Shown: positions 43,277 through 52,940, counted from the stretch's first letter. The stretch: 64,000 bases of DNA from an uncultured Clostridia bacterium (GCA_944363505.1 CALVUD010000002.1:210516-274515); one strand, 5' to 3'. Translations and numbers: made by a program. Notes: generated by a model from the letters alone, not told the origin.

Positions 43277-43915
43277 TTAGCGCGTAAACGACGCAAAAGC
43301 CGAAAGCGTTTTGAATTTCTCGCCCGAAAACGCCGAGATTATCCTGCCCGCTTCGGCTATCCCGAACACGACGTCCCCCACCTCGTATTCAAGGCAATCC
43401 AGTTCGTCTTCGTCGGCGTTCGAAACGGCGTTGAACAACGCGCGTGCGTGCCGGCTAAGCTCTGCGTCGTTGAGATCCAGCCCTATCAGCGGCATGAATC
43501 CGATCAAAAATCTCAGCGTGTGTATGTAGGGAGTGCCTTCGGCGTAGTTTATTTTGAAAAGCGCGTTCAGCCCCGCCGTAAATTCGTTTTCCGCGGGAAC
43601 GTTCTCTCGGGTGAACTTTTCGAGCACTTCCGTTACCGCGCCCGCCGCGAGATTTTTGTCGGGCGACGTCCATGTCCCGAAAAACTGTTCTATGACCTCG
43701 GCGCCCGTTACGGTACTGTATCCACCCTTTTCGCTGAGGGTATATTCCGCATAACAGTTGGGAGCCGCGGCGGCTTTTAATTTTGATTTAGGGCTCTTGA
43801 CCGAACGGATACGGGCAACCGTTTTGCCCTGTTCCGCACTCAATAAAATAAGCAATCTGTCATTGTCGCGGTAATCGACGCTATTCAGGCAAACGGCTCT
43901 GAGTATCTTGGTCAT
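43277..43915 (-). CDS. recO: DNA repair protein RecO
   Basis: 212 aa. N-terminal OB-fold pattern (LNSVDYRDNDRLL.LL). Conserved position after era/yqzL. Confidence 0.85.
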   Translation of the reverse strand: MTKILRAVCLNSVDYRDNDRLLILLSAEQGKTVARIRSVKSPKSKLKAAAAPNCYAEYTLSEKGGYSTVTGAEVIEQFFGTWTSPDKNLAAGAVTEVLEKFTRENVPAENEFTAGLNALFKINYAEGTPYIHTLRFLIGFMPLIGLDLNDAELSRHARALFNAVSNADEDELDCLEYEVGDVVFGIAEAGRIISAFSGEKFKTLSAFASFTR

Positions 43916-44021
43916 TCTTCCTTCCCGCGTTACGAACGGCGCTGTAAAGCATATAATACCCTATCTTGCCGGAGTCCGTGAACGCCTTAAAAAGTAAATC
44001 TTCCGCTTTAGATTTTCCCAT
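43881..44021 (-). CDS. yqzL: YqzL-like small protein (46 aa; not in the ORF track)
   Basis: MGKSKAEDLLFKAFTDSGKIGYYMLYSAVRNAGRKNDQDTQSRLPE fits the YqzL pattern (F..F..TG.I..Y.LY). It sits between era and recO as in B. subtilis. No clear Shine-Dalgarno. Confidence 0.5.
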   Translation of the reverse strand: MGKSKAEDLLFKAFTDSGKIGYYMLYSAVRNAGRKNDQDTQSRLPE

Positions 44022-44054
44022 ATATTCAGTATGGGTATTCGTTGCGGTATTATT

Positions 44055-45434
44055 CTATAAGTCTTTGTTTTTGTCGTAACCGAGGTTGTTCAGCAGCACC
44101 TCGTCGTCGCGCCAGTCTGTCTTGACCCTGACCCACAGCGTCAGCAGTATCCTGTCGCCCGTCATCTTTTCCAGATCCTCGCGGGCGTACTCCGAGATCT
44201 TCTTTATCATGGCGCCGTTCTTGCCGAGGATTATCGGCTTGTGCGCGGCTTTCTGGCAGATGACGTCCGCGTCAATTTCCAGTACGCCGCTGGGACGGTA
44301 TTCGTATTTATTCACGGAAACGGCTACGCCGTAAGGGATCTCCTGATCCAGCAGTCGTAACGCCTTTTCGCGGATGATTTCCGCCGCCATGAAGCGCATG
44401 TTTCTGTCCGTATATTCGTCCTCGGGATAAAACTTGATCCCCTCGGGCATCAAAGCCGCGGTTTCACGCTCCAGCACGTCGACGTTCTTTCCTCTCAGCG
44501 CGGAGATCGGCACGACCGCTTTCAGCCCTCTGAACTCGTTCAGCGCGGCGAGGATGCCCGCCACCTTTTCTTTGGTTATGTGGTCGATCTTGTTCACCGC
44601 GACGATCGCGGGGGTCTTGCCCTCGGAAAGCGCCGCGATACGAGAAAGATCGTTTTCGTCCATACCTTTTTCTCCGTCGACGACGTATATCACGGCGTCC
44701 ACGCCCTCGGTCGCGGATCTCACGGCGCGCATCATATAATCGCCGAGCTTATTGCGCGGCTTGTGGATACCGGGCGTATCGACGAATATTATCTGTAAAT
44801 CCTTTCTGTTAAGGATTCCTAAAATCTTGTTCCTGGTCGTCTGCGGTTTCCAGCTGACTATCGCGACCTTTTCGCCCACGAGCGCATTTATCAGGGTCGA
44901 TTTGCCCGCGTTGGGTCTGCCGAGTATCGCCGCAAAACCGGTATGCGTTACGGGTTCTTTCTCGACGTAATCGCGCGTGATCCCCGCTTTAAGCAATATT
45001 TCGTTCTGAACGCGCTCCATTCGCTCCCTGTCCGATTCCGAAACGTGATCGTAACCCATCAGGTGCAAAAAACCGTGCAAAGCCAAAAAAGCGTATTCCC
45101 TGGCTGCGGAATGGTTGTATTCGGCGGCTTGCTCCAGCGCCCTGTCTTTCGCGATATATACTTCTCCGAGTATGACCGCGCCCGTTTCGGGATCGACGTC
45201 GGAGGGATAATCTTCGGTAGAAAACGGCAGCGTAACCTTTTCCAGAGCGGGAAAACTGAGAACGTCCGTTACGGAGTCGTTGCCGCGGCGCGTGCGGTTG
45301 AGTTCTCTGACGTCGTCGTCCGACAGCACAGCTATTTCCGCAAAGACTTTCTTTTCGGAAATATCGAAGTAGTTCAACGCCGTTTTCAACGCCTGCTCGA
45401 CGGAAGAGTAAGGAATATCGTAAAACTCAAGCAT
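44055..45434 (-). CDS. ybeY-era: Fusion of endoribonuclease YbeY (N-terminal) and GTPase Era (C-terminal)
   Basis: YbeY zinc box HGFLHLMGYDH in about the first 150 aa. Then Era boxes GRPNAGKST, DTPGIHKP, NKID and a C-terminal KH domain. One frame, with no start or stop at the junction. Confidence 0.9.
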   Translation of the reverse strand: MLEFYDIPYSSVEQALKTALNYFDISEKKVFAEIAVLSDDDVRELNRTRRGNDSVTDVLSFPALEKVTLPFSTEDYPSDVDPETGAVILGEVYIAKDRALEQAAEYNHSAAREYAFLALHGFLHLMGYDHVSESDRERMERVQNEILLKAGITRDYVEKEPVTHTGFAAILGRPNAGKSTLINALVGEKVAIVSWKPQTTRNKILGILNRKDLQIIFVDTPGIHKPRNKLGDYMMRAVRSATEGVDAVIYVVDGEKGMDENDLSRIAALSEGKTPAIVAVNKIDHITKEKVAGILAALNEFRGLKAVVPISALRGKNVDVLERETAALMPEGIKFYPEDEYTDRNMRFMAAEIIREKALRLLDQEIPYGVAVSVNKYEYRPSGVLEIDADVICQKAAHKPIILGKNGAMIKKISEYAREDLEKMTGDRILLTLWVRVKTDWRDDEVLLNNLGYDKNKDL

Positions 45435-46956
45435 TTTTATCCTGTTTCGGGTTATTGTTGTATTGTATTCTGGCGTGATACATCGAGGGGATCGCCTGAA
45501 CGAGAGTATCCTCGATGACGTCGAGATCCTTGTAAGTTATCGGACATTCGGTAAACTGGTCCAGGTCGGCTTTTTGCTTTATCATTCCGTGTACCAGCGA
45601 ACGGAACGCCGCGGGCGAATTTACCTTTTCGGAGAGTGCCCTGGACGCCGCCTCCACCGTGTCGGCGATCATGATGATCGCGGCTATCTTGGTTCGGGGC
45701 TTGGGACCCGGATAGCTGAATTCTTTTTTATCGAGGTTTTCTTCGGTAAAATTCTGAGCCTTGTACAAGAAATAATTGACGGGCGTGGTGCCGTGATGCT
45801 GAATGGCGCAGTCCGCCACCTCGTCGGGAAGCCGTTCCTTCTTCAGCATACGGTAACCTTCGGTAACGTGGCTGATAATCATCGCGACGCTGACCTCGGG
45901 AATGACGTCGTCGTGCGGGTTGTATCCTTTTTGGTTTTCGATGAAGTATTGGGAATTTTTAGTCTTACCGACATCGTGATAATATGCGCACACTTTGGCA
46001 AGCTGAGTGTTTTCGCCTATCGCGTCGGCGCATAGTTCCGCAAGATTCCCTACCACCATCGAATGGTTGAAGGTTCCCGGCGCTTCTTTCGCCAGCCGCT
46101 TCAGAAGCGGGTTTTCGAGCGAGCACAGCTCCGCAAGCCTGAACGGAGTGTTCAGTCGGAACAGATACTCCATCAGCGGCAAAACTATCATGAACAGCGC
46201 CACCGACAAAACTATGGAAACCAGGCTCCACAGTCCGCTCATCAGAATCTGCGAAACGTCGTTGGCGTCCACCAGATAGTTTATCAGCATCGGTATGACG
46301 GCGGAGCAAACGCCCACGATAAAGCCCACGACCGTAAATTTGATACGGTTATGCGCCTTGTCCAGAAACATTATCAGGAATATGGACGATACCATGGACG
46401 TAACCAGCGCCGCGGAGGATTCCACGGCTTTTTCGGAACCGTATACCAGGATATACGTCAGGAAAAAAGTCTGCGACAGTAAAATATTGGTAACGATGCC
46501 CACGCGTTTGTCCACCAACGTGGCTACCAGCAGCGAACAGAGCGCCAGCGGCGAAACGTACAGCGAAACGGTGGCTCCGAAAACGAGCGCCAGAATAAAA
46601 GTTATGAACACGGCGACAGCCAGTACGGGAACGAGCTTTGCCGTTACGCTCCTGTCCGCGTCGCGCTTGACATAGTAGGTATAGGCTATCAGCGTCGACA
46701 TTATCACGCCGATTATCAGCGACAGAACGACGATTTGCAAAAACGGTTCGCCGCGCAAAACGGCGTCCGCCACGTTATCGTCGCTGAGGGTGGCAAATCT
46801 GACCACTACCGCCAATATGACGCTGAGTACGACGAGTATCGCCGTATTCACGGCGCCTCTTTTGAATTTTGCGCTTCCCGCGAAAGCAATGAAGCGGGAG
46901 CCGTCGGATTTTCGTAATTTACGCATACTTTTCCTTGGTGCGTCGTTACGCCACAC
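45427..46956 (-). CDS. 7TM-HD phosphohydrolase (PgpH/YqfF-like)
   Basis: N-terminal multi-TM region and a C-terminal HD domain (YYHDVGK). Conserved position before ybeY. The start could instead be the MRKLRKS Met (46926). Confidence 0.8.
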   Translation of the reverse strand: MWRNDAPRKSMRKLRKSDGSRFIAFAGSAKFKRGAVNTAILVVLSVILAVVVRFATLSDDNVADAVLRGEPFLQIVVLSLIIGVIMSTLIAYTYYVKRDADRSVTAKLVPVLAVAVFITFILALVFGATVSLYVSPLALCSLLVATLVDKRVGIVTNILLSQTFFLTYILVYGSEKAVESSAALVTSMVSSIFLIMFLDKAHNRIKFTVVGFIVGVCSAVIPMLINYLVDANDVSQILMSGLWSLVSIVLSVALFMIVLPLMEYLFRLNTPFRLAELCSLENPLLKRLAKEAPGTFNHSMVVGNLAELCADAIGENTQLAKVCAYYHDVGKTKNSQYFIENQKGYNPHDDVIPEVSVAMIISHVTEGYRMLKKERLPDEVADCAIQHHGTTPVNYFLYKAQNFTEENLDKKEFSYPGPKPRTKIAAIIMIADTVEAASRALSEKVNSPAAFRSLVHGMIKQKADLDQFTECPITYKDLDVIEDTLVQAIPSMYHARIQYNNNPKQDKNA

Positions 46957-47869
46957 GCGTTATTATATCATAGTATATACTTATTTGTACACTTTTGTCC
47001 AGTTTTTTGACGTCAAAGGAATAACCTATAAATTTTTCGTCCTCGGTAAGCGTCGTTTCGAACGCCTGTTTGCGGCGCAATACCTCCTCGGCGGCATTGG
47101 CGTTGAACTCTTCTTCGGATGCGTACTCCCACGTTTCCGTGCGCCTGACCTTAGCTTCCACTATGCCCATCGCGCGGACTGCCCGCGCGTTGCCTTCGGC
47201 GTCCTTGACAAAGGGTTCTATCAGTACCTGTCCCGCTTTTATCTTATCGCCGGTTTTGACTGCGGCAGTTCCTCTCAGCACCACGATCCTGACGATCTCG
47301 CCGTCCTCGTTGGCTGCAAGCGGTAACGGCGTTTGGGTATCCGTTATGTCAACTAAAGGCAGCTCTTCCACGATTTCAACGACGATATGTCTTCCCTGCT
47401 TTACGACCGACGCATATGCCACGCCGTCCACAGACATGATTTTTCTCTCGATCGCAGAGAAATCTTTCATGCCGAAAACGAACGGTGAAGGAAGCGATTC
47501 TTCGACTATTTCGGCTATTTTTCGGGGGTCGGTGCGTTCGGCTCCCGAAACCGTTATTTCTCCGGTAAACGAAGAATAAAGCGCCGTAGCCGCGAGCGAA
47601 ACCGCAATGCCCGCAATCAGAAAATAGCGCGTGAAAAACTCGCGCGCTTTCGGTATGAATCCCTGTGCTCCTACTACGGAATATTTTATTCCCGCTCGCT
47701 CCAGAGCCGCCTTTACGCGCGCCGAATCGGAGTCGTACACGCTGAAACGCAAGGCGTTGCCGCGACACTTGATGCGGCTGACGCAAACTCCCGTGCGCCA
47801 CAGCGCGTTCAGCGTGAACTCTTTGAATCCCTCCGTTTCGAACCTTATTTTGTAGAGATTTTTTTGCAT
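46946..47869 (-). CDS. yqfD: Sporulation protein YqfD
   Basis: N-terminal pattern (GFKEFTLNAL...VCVSRI) with a central TM helix. Follows yqfC. Confidence 0.8.
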   Translation of the reverse strand: MQKNLYKIRFETEGFKEFTLNALWRTGVCVSRIKCRGNALRFSVYDSDSARVKAALERAGIKYSVVGAQGFIPKAREFFTRYFLIAGIAVSLAATALYSSFTGEITVSGAERTDPRKIAEIVEESLPSPFVFGMKDFSAIERKIMSVDGVAYASVVKQGRHIVVEIVEELPLVDITDTQTPLPLAANEDGEIVRIVVLRGTAAVKTGDKIKAGQVLIEPFVKDAEGNARAVRAMGIVEAKVRRTETWEYASEEEFNANAAEEVLRRKQAFETTLTEDEKFIGYSFDVKKLDKSVQISIYYDIITRVA

Positions 47870-48084
47870 TTTTCCCTCGCGATCGCGTCGATCCTGCCGT
47901 GCAGAACGAGTTCGTCGGGATTCAATTCGGTTATTTCCAGATTATCCCCCGTAACCAATAAAGTGCCGTGCGCCATTCTGACCGCGACTTCGTTTTCCGA
48001 ATACGATAAGATGCCCCTGTGCCCCTCCACGCTCATCTTTTCGAAAGCTCCGAGAGTCACTATGCCCTGCCTGAATTCTTTCAT
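47845..48084 (-). CDS. yqfC: Sporulation protein YqfC (YabP/YqfC family)
   Basis: 79 aa. GILSYSENEVAVR...G.LLVTGDNLEI..L pattern. Confidence 0.8.
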   Translation of the reverse strand: MKEFRQGIVTLGAFEKMSVEGHRGILSYSENEVAVRMAHGTLLVTGDNLEITELNPDELVLHGRIDAIAREKCKKISTK

Positions 48085-48097
48085 ATTTTAAACTATG

Positions 48098-48127
48098 CAA
48101 AAAATAAGGCGCGTATGTCCGCGCCTT
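48098..48127 (-). terminator. Rho-independent terminator after dnaB
   Basis: Minus strand AAGGCGCG-N6-CGCGCCTT followed by ATTTTTTG. Confidence 0.7.
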
Positions 48128-48147
48128 CGTGTTAAAACCGAAAAGTT

Positions 48148-49536
48148 TTATTGCTGAGTGAAAGTCGAGAACGACTGGTCGTCCGATTCGGTGAATCTGA
48201 CGTGAGGACCTTCGAATACATAGCGGATTTTTTTGAGTTCGCCGTTACGGTGCTTGGCAATGTCCAAAATGATATTTGAGCTTTCGCGGATCTTCTCGGC
48301 GTCGTTTTCACGCGACAAAAACATTACCATATCCGCGTCCTGTTCGATGGCTCCCGATTCTCTGAGGTCGGAAAGTCTGGGTTGTTTGTCGTCGCCGGTA
48401 CGCCCTTCTATGCTTCTGGACATCTGAGACAAGGCTATTACGGGACACTCCAGTTCCATAGCCATAATCTTTAACATTCTGCTGATGTCGGAAACGTCCG
48501 TCTGTCTGGTGGAAGAACGGCGTTCCTTGTCCTTATCGTTAGCCATCAGCTGAAGATAGTCTATCACCACGAGATCGAGTCTGCCGCCGCCTTCGCCCGC
48601 CTTCAGCTGCCTGCAACGGCTGGCGATATTTCCGGGGGTCTGCATCGAAACCGACTCCACGAACACTTTGCTCGCGCCCAGTTCCGTGTGCGCGCTCCAT
48701 ACTTCCTGCATCGATTCTTCGTCGATCTGCCCCGTGCTGTACTCGTGCATGCCTACGTCGGTGTTAGTGGCGAGAATACGCTGAACAAGCTGTTCGGACG
48801 GCATCTCGAGCGAAAACATCGCGATCACCTTATCCTTTTTCTGTCGGATGATGTTGGCGATTATGTTCAGTACGAACGCGGTTTTACCCACCGACGGTCT
48901 GGCGGCTAAAATGATAAGGCTGTTGGGCTGAAGTCCGTTCGTTACGCGATCGAGCCTGGGATAGCCCGTTTCCAGACCTTTCAGCGCGTCCGGATTGCTT
49001 GCCAGAAGTTCCAACCGAGCGAGAAAGCGCCGCGAAGCGTCCGCTATGTGTTCCAGCTGCCCTTTGGAATTGGTCTTGTTGGAGAGCGAGTAGATCATCT
49101 GTTCGGCACGGGTTACGGACGCAGAAGCGTCGTCCGAGGAATACGCGTCCTCGGTTATCGAATTGCCGATCTCGATAAGTTTGCGCATTATCATGTCGCG
49201 CTCCAGTATTCTTATGTAATCGGTGATGTTTACCGCCCCGGGCGTGATCTCGGCAAGCTCCGTAAGATATTCGAGGGTGTTGATGTCGCCGCTTTTGTCC
49301 TTAGAGAGTCTGTCGTTGACGGTTACCACGTTGACAACGGAGCCCTTGTCGGCAAGCTGCATTATCGCACGGCATATCGCCTTGTGCCTCGGAGAATAGA
49401 AATAGTCTTCGTTGACGTCCTTGACGTGATCCTGCACGACGGTGCCGTCGATCAGGAAGCAGCACAAAACGTACTGTTCCGCCTCGAAATTGTTGGGGTA
49501 TTGCCTGGGTGTTTTCTTGACTTCGTTATCGCTCAT
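48148..49536 (-). CDS. dnaB: Replicative DNA helicase
   Basis: 462 aa. N-terminal P.N.EAE..VL pattern, Walker A ARPSVGKTAF, RecA-like C-terminal domain. Confidence 0.95.
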   Translation of the reverse strand: MSDNEVKKTPRQYPNNFEAEQYVLCCFLIDGTVVQDHVKDVNEDYFYSPRHKAICRAIMQLADKGSVVNVVTVNDRLSKDKSGDINTLEYLTELAEITPGAVNITDYIRILERDMIMRKLIEIGNSITEDAYSSDDASASVTRAEQMIYSLSNKTNSKGQLEHIADASRRFLARLELLASNPDALKGLETGYPRLDRVTNGLQPNSLIILAARPSVGKTAFVLNIIANIIRQKKDKVIAMFSLEMPSEQLVQRILATNTDVGMHEYSTGQIDEESMQEVWSAHTELGASKVFVESVSMQTPGNIASRCRQLKAGEGGGRLDLVVIDYLQLMANDKDKERRSSTRQTDVSDISRMLKIMAMELECPVIALSQMSRSIEGRTGDDKQPRLSDLRESGAIEQDADMVMFLSRENDAEKIRESSNIILDIAKHRNGELKKIRYVFEGPHVRFTESDDQSFSTFTQQ

Positions 49537-50377
49537 AGTAACTCCTCGATGTTCCTCTTCTGACTCCCGTTATCAGCAGTACGGCACCCGTAATCAACAA
49601 AACCGCGTCGATAATGACGAGATACCAGCTGACGGTGTTGGGTGAGTGCTGTACCAAAATTATCTCGATCGCATCCTCTTTGGCGCCGCGTCTGAATTCG
49701 TGAATATACGTTTCCGGTCCGCTGTTTTTTTCGGTGTACTTATATACGTAACCCGCGTTGGATTCTATGGTGCGCAGCCCGTAAGGCGATCCGTAATTGT
49801 ATATCAGGTCCAACTCGCTTGCGTCGACCGCGGTCAACAGAGCCTCTTTGACGTCTGTAAGATAACCGTCGGAAGTCGCGAACGGGTCCGTGGTTTCCGA
49901 AACGTAGTCTGAATACCAGAATCCGTTATATATCTTCCCCGAAAACCCGTAAACCTCGTAGCCGTCGTTGCCGAGCGCTATATCCATTTCGGTCGCCGAC
50001 GAAAAGCTCATCGTCGTCGCCGAAAAATAATACGGGTCGGAGTCCTGCTCGATATGCGCGCCGAGGTCTTTCATTACCTTTTCGGCGGTGCTAACGGCGT
50101 CCTTAACCTTTATTTCGACCTCGGAGCGTTCCTCGGGCGACAACCCTTCCGTCAGCCGTTCGATATCCGCATAAACCTGTACGCCGTATTTGTAAGCGCC
50201 CGACGTATACCGTATCGCGTTGTAGGCTATTTCCACGGGACGGGCCTCGGGCGCAGAATTGCCCGAATACAGTCCGTAGTCTTCCCTGCCGAACGTAACC
50301 GCCGCCACGATCCCGTAAACGGTGGCTATGATCACCGCCGCAGCCAGCAATACGATTCCCGCTATTTTCAGTTTCAT
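49526..50377 (-). CDS. Hypothetical protein with N- and C-terminal TM anchors
   Basis: 283-aa ORF. Overlaps both pepF (4 nt) and dnaB (11 nt). I recognise no domain. Confidence 0.5.
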   Translation of the reverse strand: MKLKIAGIVLLAAAVIIATVYGIVAAVTFGREDYGLYSGNSAPEARPVEIAYNAIRYTSGAYKYGVQVYADIERLTEGLSPEERSEVEIKVKDAVSTAEKVMKDLGAHIEQDSDPYYFSATTMSFSSATEMDIALGNDGYEVYGFSGKIYNGFWYSDYVSETTDPFATSDGYLTDVKEALLTAVDASELDLIYNYGSPYGLRTIESNAGYVYKYTEKNSGPETYIHEFRRGAKEDAIEIILVQHSPNTVSWYLVIIDAVLLITGAVLLITGVRRGTSRSYYER

Positions 50378-52140
50378 AACGATTTCAGCTCCTCGAGCGC
50401 AGCAGTGAATTCGTCCAGCGCGGCGAGGAACGGCGCTTTTTTCTCAAGGTCGATCCCCAGTTCGGACAGTATGTTCAGCGGATAATCGGAGCCGCCCGCG
50501 GAAAGGAATTTTTTGTACTTTTCGACGAATCCTTCCTCTCCCGCGAGAATACGCGAAGCCACGTTCACCGCGACAGTCAGCCCCGTAGCGTATTTATAGA
50601 CGTAAAACGCCGTATAAAAATGAGGTATGCGCGCCCATTCCAATGCTATCTGTTCGTCGTGAACGACGTCGCGCCCGTAATAGACGCGGTTAAGGCGGTA
50701 ATACTCGTCGCTTAACGACTTTGCCGTAAGCGGCATACCCTTTTCCGCCTCGGCGTGAGCGTACTCCTCGAATTCGGCAAACATCGTCTGTCTGAACAGG
50801 GTCGTCCTGAACATGTCCAGATAATAATTCAGAAGATAACGCTTCTTCTCGCCGTCCGCGCCGCGCATAAGGTGTTTGAGCAAAAGCACCTCGTTGACGG
50901 TAGAGGCTATTTCGGCGAGGAAAATGGTGTAATCGGCTTTTTCGTAGCATTGACTGCTGCGCGAATAATGGCTGTGCATCGAATGACCGAGTTCGTGAGC
51001 TATCGTGAAAACGTCGTGCGAAGTCTTGGTATAATTCAATAACACGAAAGGATTTGAATCGTACGTTCCCCACGAATAAGCGCCGCTGCGCTTGTTGCGG
51101 GTGGCCTCGACGTCTATCCACCTTTCGCTTTTCGCCCTGTCCAGAAGCGCGACGTAATCGTCGCCCAACACGGAAAGAGCTTCTTTGACCAGGTCGAACG
51201 CGTCGTCGTATTCGAGTTCGAGTTTGTATTCCGCCGTCAACGGCACGTAAAGGTCGTACATATGCAGTTCGTCGACGCCGAGCGACCTGAGACGGTAGCG
51301 TATATACGAATGAAGGAACGGAAGTTTCTTGTGGACGGCGGCTATCAGATTGTCGTAAACTTTTGCCGAGACGTTTTCGGAATCGAGCGCTTTGTTCATC
51401 GCCGATTTGTATTTCCTGATCTTGGCGACGGACACGTCTTTTTTCACGGACGCGGCATACAGCGCGGCAATAGTGTTGATGTGAGCTTTATAGGAAGCGT
51501 AATAGTTTTCGAAAGCGCGGCGGCGCACGTCCTGAGATGCGTCCTGAAGAAAATTAGAATAGTTTCCGTGGTTCAATTCCACGCTTTTTCCGCCCTTTCT
51601 GACGGGATTGAACGTCAGATCCGCGTTGTCAAGGAGCATAAAGGCGTTTTTGAAATCGCCCGCGAAATTGCTGATCTCCGCGAGAATCTTCTCCTGCCCT
51701 GCGGGAAGAATATGCCCGAGACTCTTTTTAAGATCCTTGAAATACATATCGAAATCGGGGTTTTCCGCGCCCAGTTTCGCCATTTCCGCGGGTGAAAACG
51801 TGCTTCTGATCTCCGGCTCCACGAAAAAGACGGCGTTCATGCACCCGGTCATCAGGTTGGACGCCTTTTCGGCGGCTGCCTGAGCCTCGGGTTCGGCGGT
51901 GTCCGCGTCCTTTGTAAGATTGGCGTAAACGTATACGTTTTCCGCTCTGCGGAAGATCTCCGATTTCAATTTCAGACATTCTATGACGTTTGAACGATCG
52001 AGTTTGCCTTTGAATGCCGAGATTTCGGCAAGTTTAACGTTTATTGCTTCATATTCCTTTTCCGCGTCGGCGGGGGAAGCGAACAACGAGCTAAGATCCC
52101 ATTTTCTTTCCTCGGGAACTTCCAAACGTGTCAACGGCAT
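50374..52140 (-). CDS. pepF: Oligoendopeptidase F (M3B)
   Basis: 588 aa. HELGHSMH zinc box in a typical PepF context. Confidence 0.9.
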   Translation of the reverse strand: MPLTRLEVPEERKWDLSSLFASPADAEKEYEAINVKLAEISAFKGKLDRSNVIECLKLKSEIFRRAENVYVYANLTKDADTAEPEAQAAAEKASNLMTGCMNAVFFVEPEIRSTFSPAEMAKLGAENPDFDMYFKDLKKSLGHILPAGQEKILAEISNFAGDFKNAFMLLDNADLTFNPVRKGGKSVELNHGNYSNFLQDASQDVRRRAFENYYASYKAHINTIAALYAASVKKDVSVAKIRKYKSAMNKALDSENVSAKVYDNLIAAVHKKLPFLHSYIRYRLRSLGVDELHMYDLYVPLTAEYKLELEYDDAFDLVKEALSVLGDDYVALLDRAKSERWIDVEATRNKRSGAYSWGTYDSNPFVLLNYTKTSHDVFTIAHELGHSMHSHYSRSSQCYEKADYTIFLAEIASTVNEVLLLKHLMRGADGEKKRYLLNYYLDMFRTTLFRQTMFAEFEEYAHAEAEKGMPLTAKSLSDEYYRLNRVYYGRDVVHDEQIALEWARIPHFYTAFYVYKYATGLTVAVNVASRILAGEEGFVEKYKKFLSAGGSDYPLNILSELGIDLEKKAPFLAALDEFTAALEELKSL

Positions 52141-52223
52141 ACAAACTCCTTAAGGGCGCGCGTGCGCCCCGCGAAAAACTTTATGCGTAAATAATAACTT
52201 AATTGTGCGTCCAAGTCAACCCC

Positions 52224-52892
52224 TCAGCCCATGTTTTCGGCACGGCTGAGTTGCGCCAAAAGTCCCAGCAGTTCGTTTTCGGACAACCTTGGCTGATCGC
52301 TTTCAGGTTTCAAGCGCGTCGCTTTTACGGGAAAAACTTCGGCATCCGCTTCATTCCGTTCAGCCTCGCTTACGGATTCCGGCGCGGCGCCATGCTCCGC
52401 GTCGTCGCCCGGATTAAAGGAGGGTTCCCTCACATTCCGTTCCTCCGCAAGCGCGCCCAGTTCGTCGAGCCTGATTTTTTCTCGGTAATACTCCTCTTCT
52501 GGCGCGTTCACGGCGGGAGAAGACCCGGAAGCGATCTCCTCGATTTCGCGCGCAGCGTCGGCAAAAAAACGCCCGGCTTCCACGACCTCTTCTCCCAAAC
52601 GTTCGGGATCGCCCAAAGTCTTCAGCCGCGCCTTCCATCTGGCGCTGAAGGCTTTCAGCCTTTCCGATTCCAGCGTAAAACGGATCTTGCTCTCTTTCAG
52701 ATATTCTTCGCTGCGGTTTTTGGCAAAATTCAGCGCTTCCGTGATTTCTCTTTCTCTTGCTTTATACGAATCGAGCTCTTCCTTAAGCAAAGAAATTTCG
52801 CTCCGGAGCGCGTTGACGCGTTCTCGGAGTTCGATTTTCTCGGCGTCGGGAGAGCCCGCTTTTTTCTTTCTTGATTTCGACTTCAAGCACAT
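52224..52892 (-). CDS. DivIVA-like coiled-coil protein
   Basis: Heptad-rich N-terminal half (LKEELDSYKAREREITEALNFAKNRSEE) resembles the DivIVA domain. Chosen over the Arg/Phe-rich antisense ORF 52203-52874. Confidence 0.45.
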   Translation of the reverse strand: MCLKSKSRKKKAGSPDAEKIELRERVNALRSEISLLKEELDSYKAREREITEALNFAKNRSEEYLKESKIRFTLESERLKAFSARWKARLKTLGDPERLGEEVVEAGRFFADAAREIEEIASGSSPAVNAPEEEYYREKIRLDELGALAEERNVREPSFNPGDDAEHGAAPESVSEAERNEADAEVFPVKATRLKPESDQPRLSENELLGLLAQLSRAENMG

Positions 52893-52940
52893 AGTCCGAG
52901 TATAACCCGATTATGCGCGCATATTACCGTTCTTTTTAAA

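Noticed and set aside
49561-49605. Tandem duplication AVLLITG-AVLLITG at the C-terminal TM helix of the 283-aa hypothetical protein.
   Set aside because: It is a short in-frame duplication within a hydrophobic helix, with synonymous differences between the copies. It is plausibly just part of the TM segment, and I attach no functional inference to it.
52203-52874. 223-aa plus-strand ORF opposite the DivIVA-like gene.
   Set aside because: It is the mirror frame of a coiled-coil-encoding gene, with Arg/Phe/Gly-rich composition and no RBS. All neighbours are on the minus strand. The choice is still only moderately confident.
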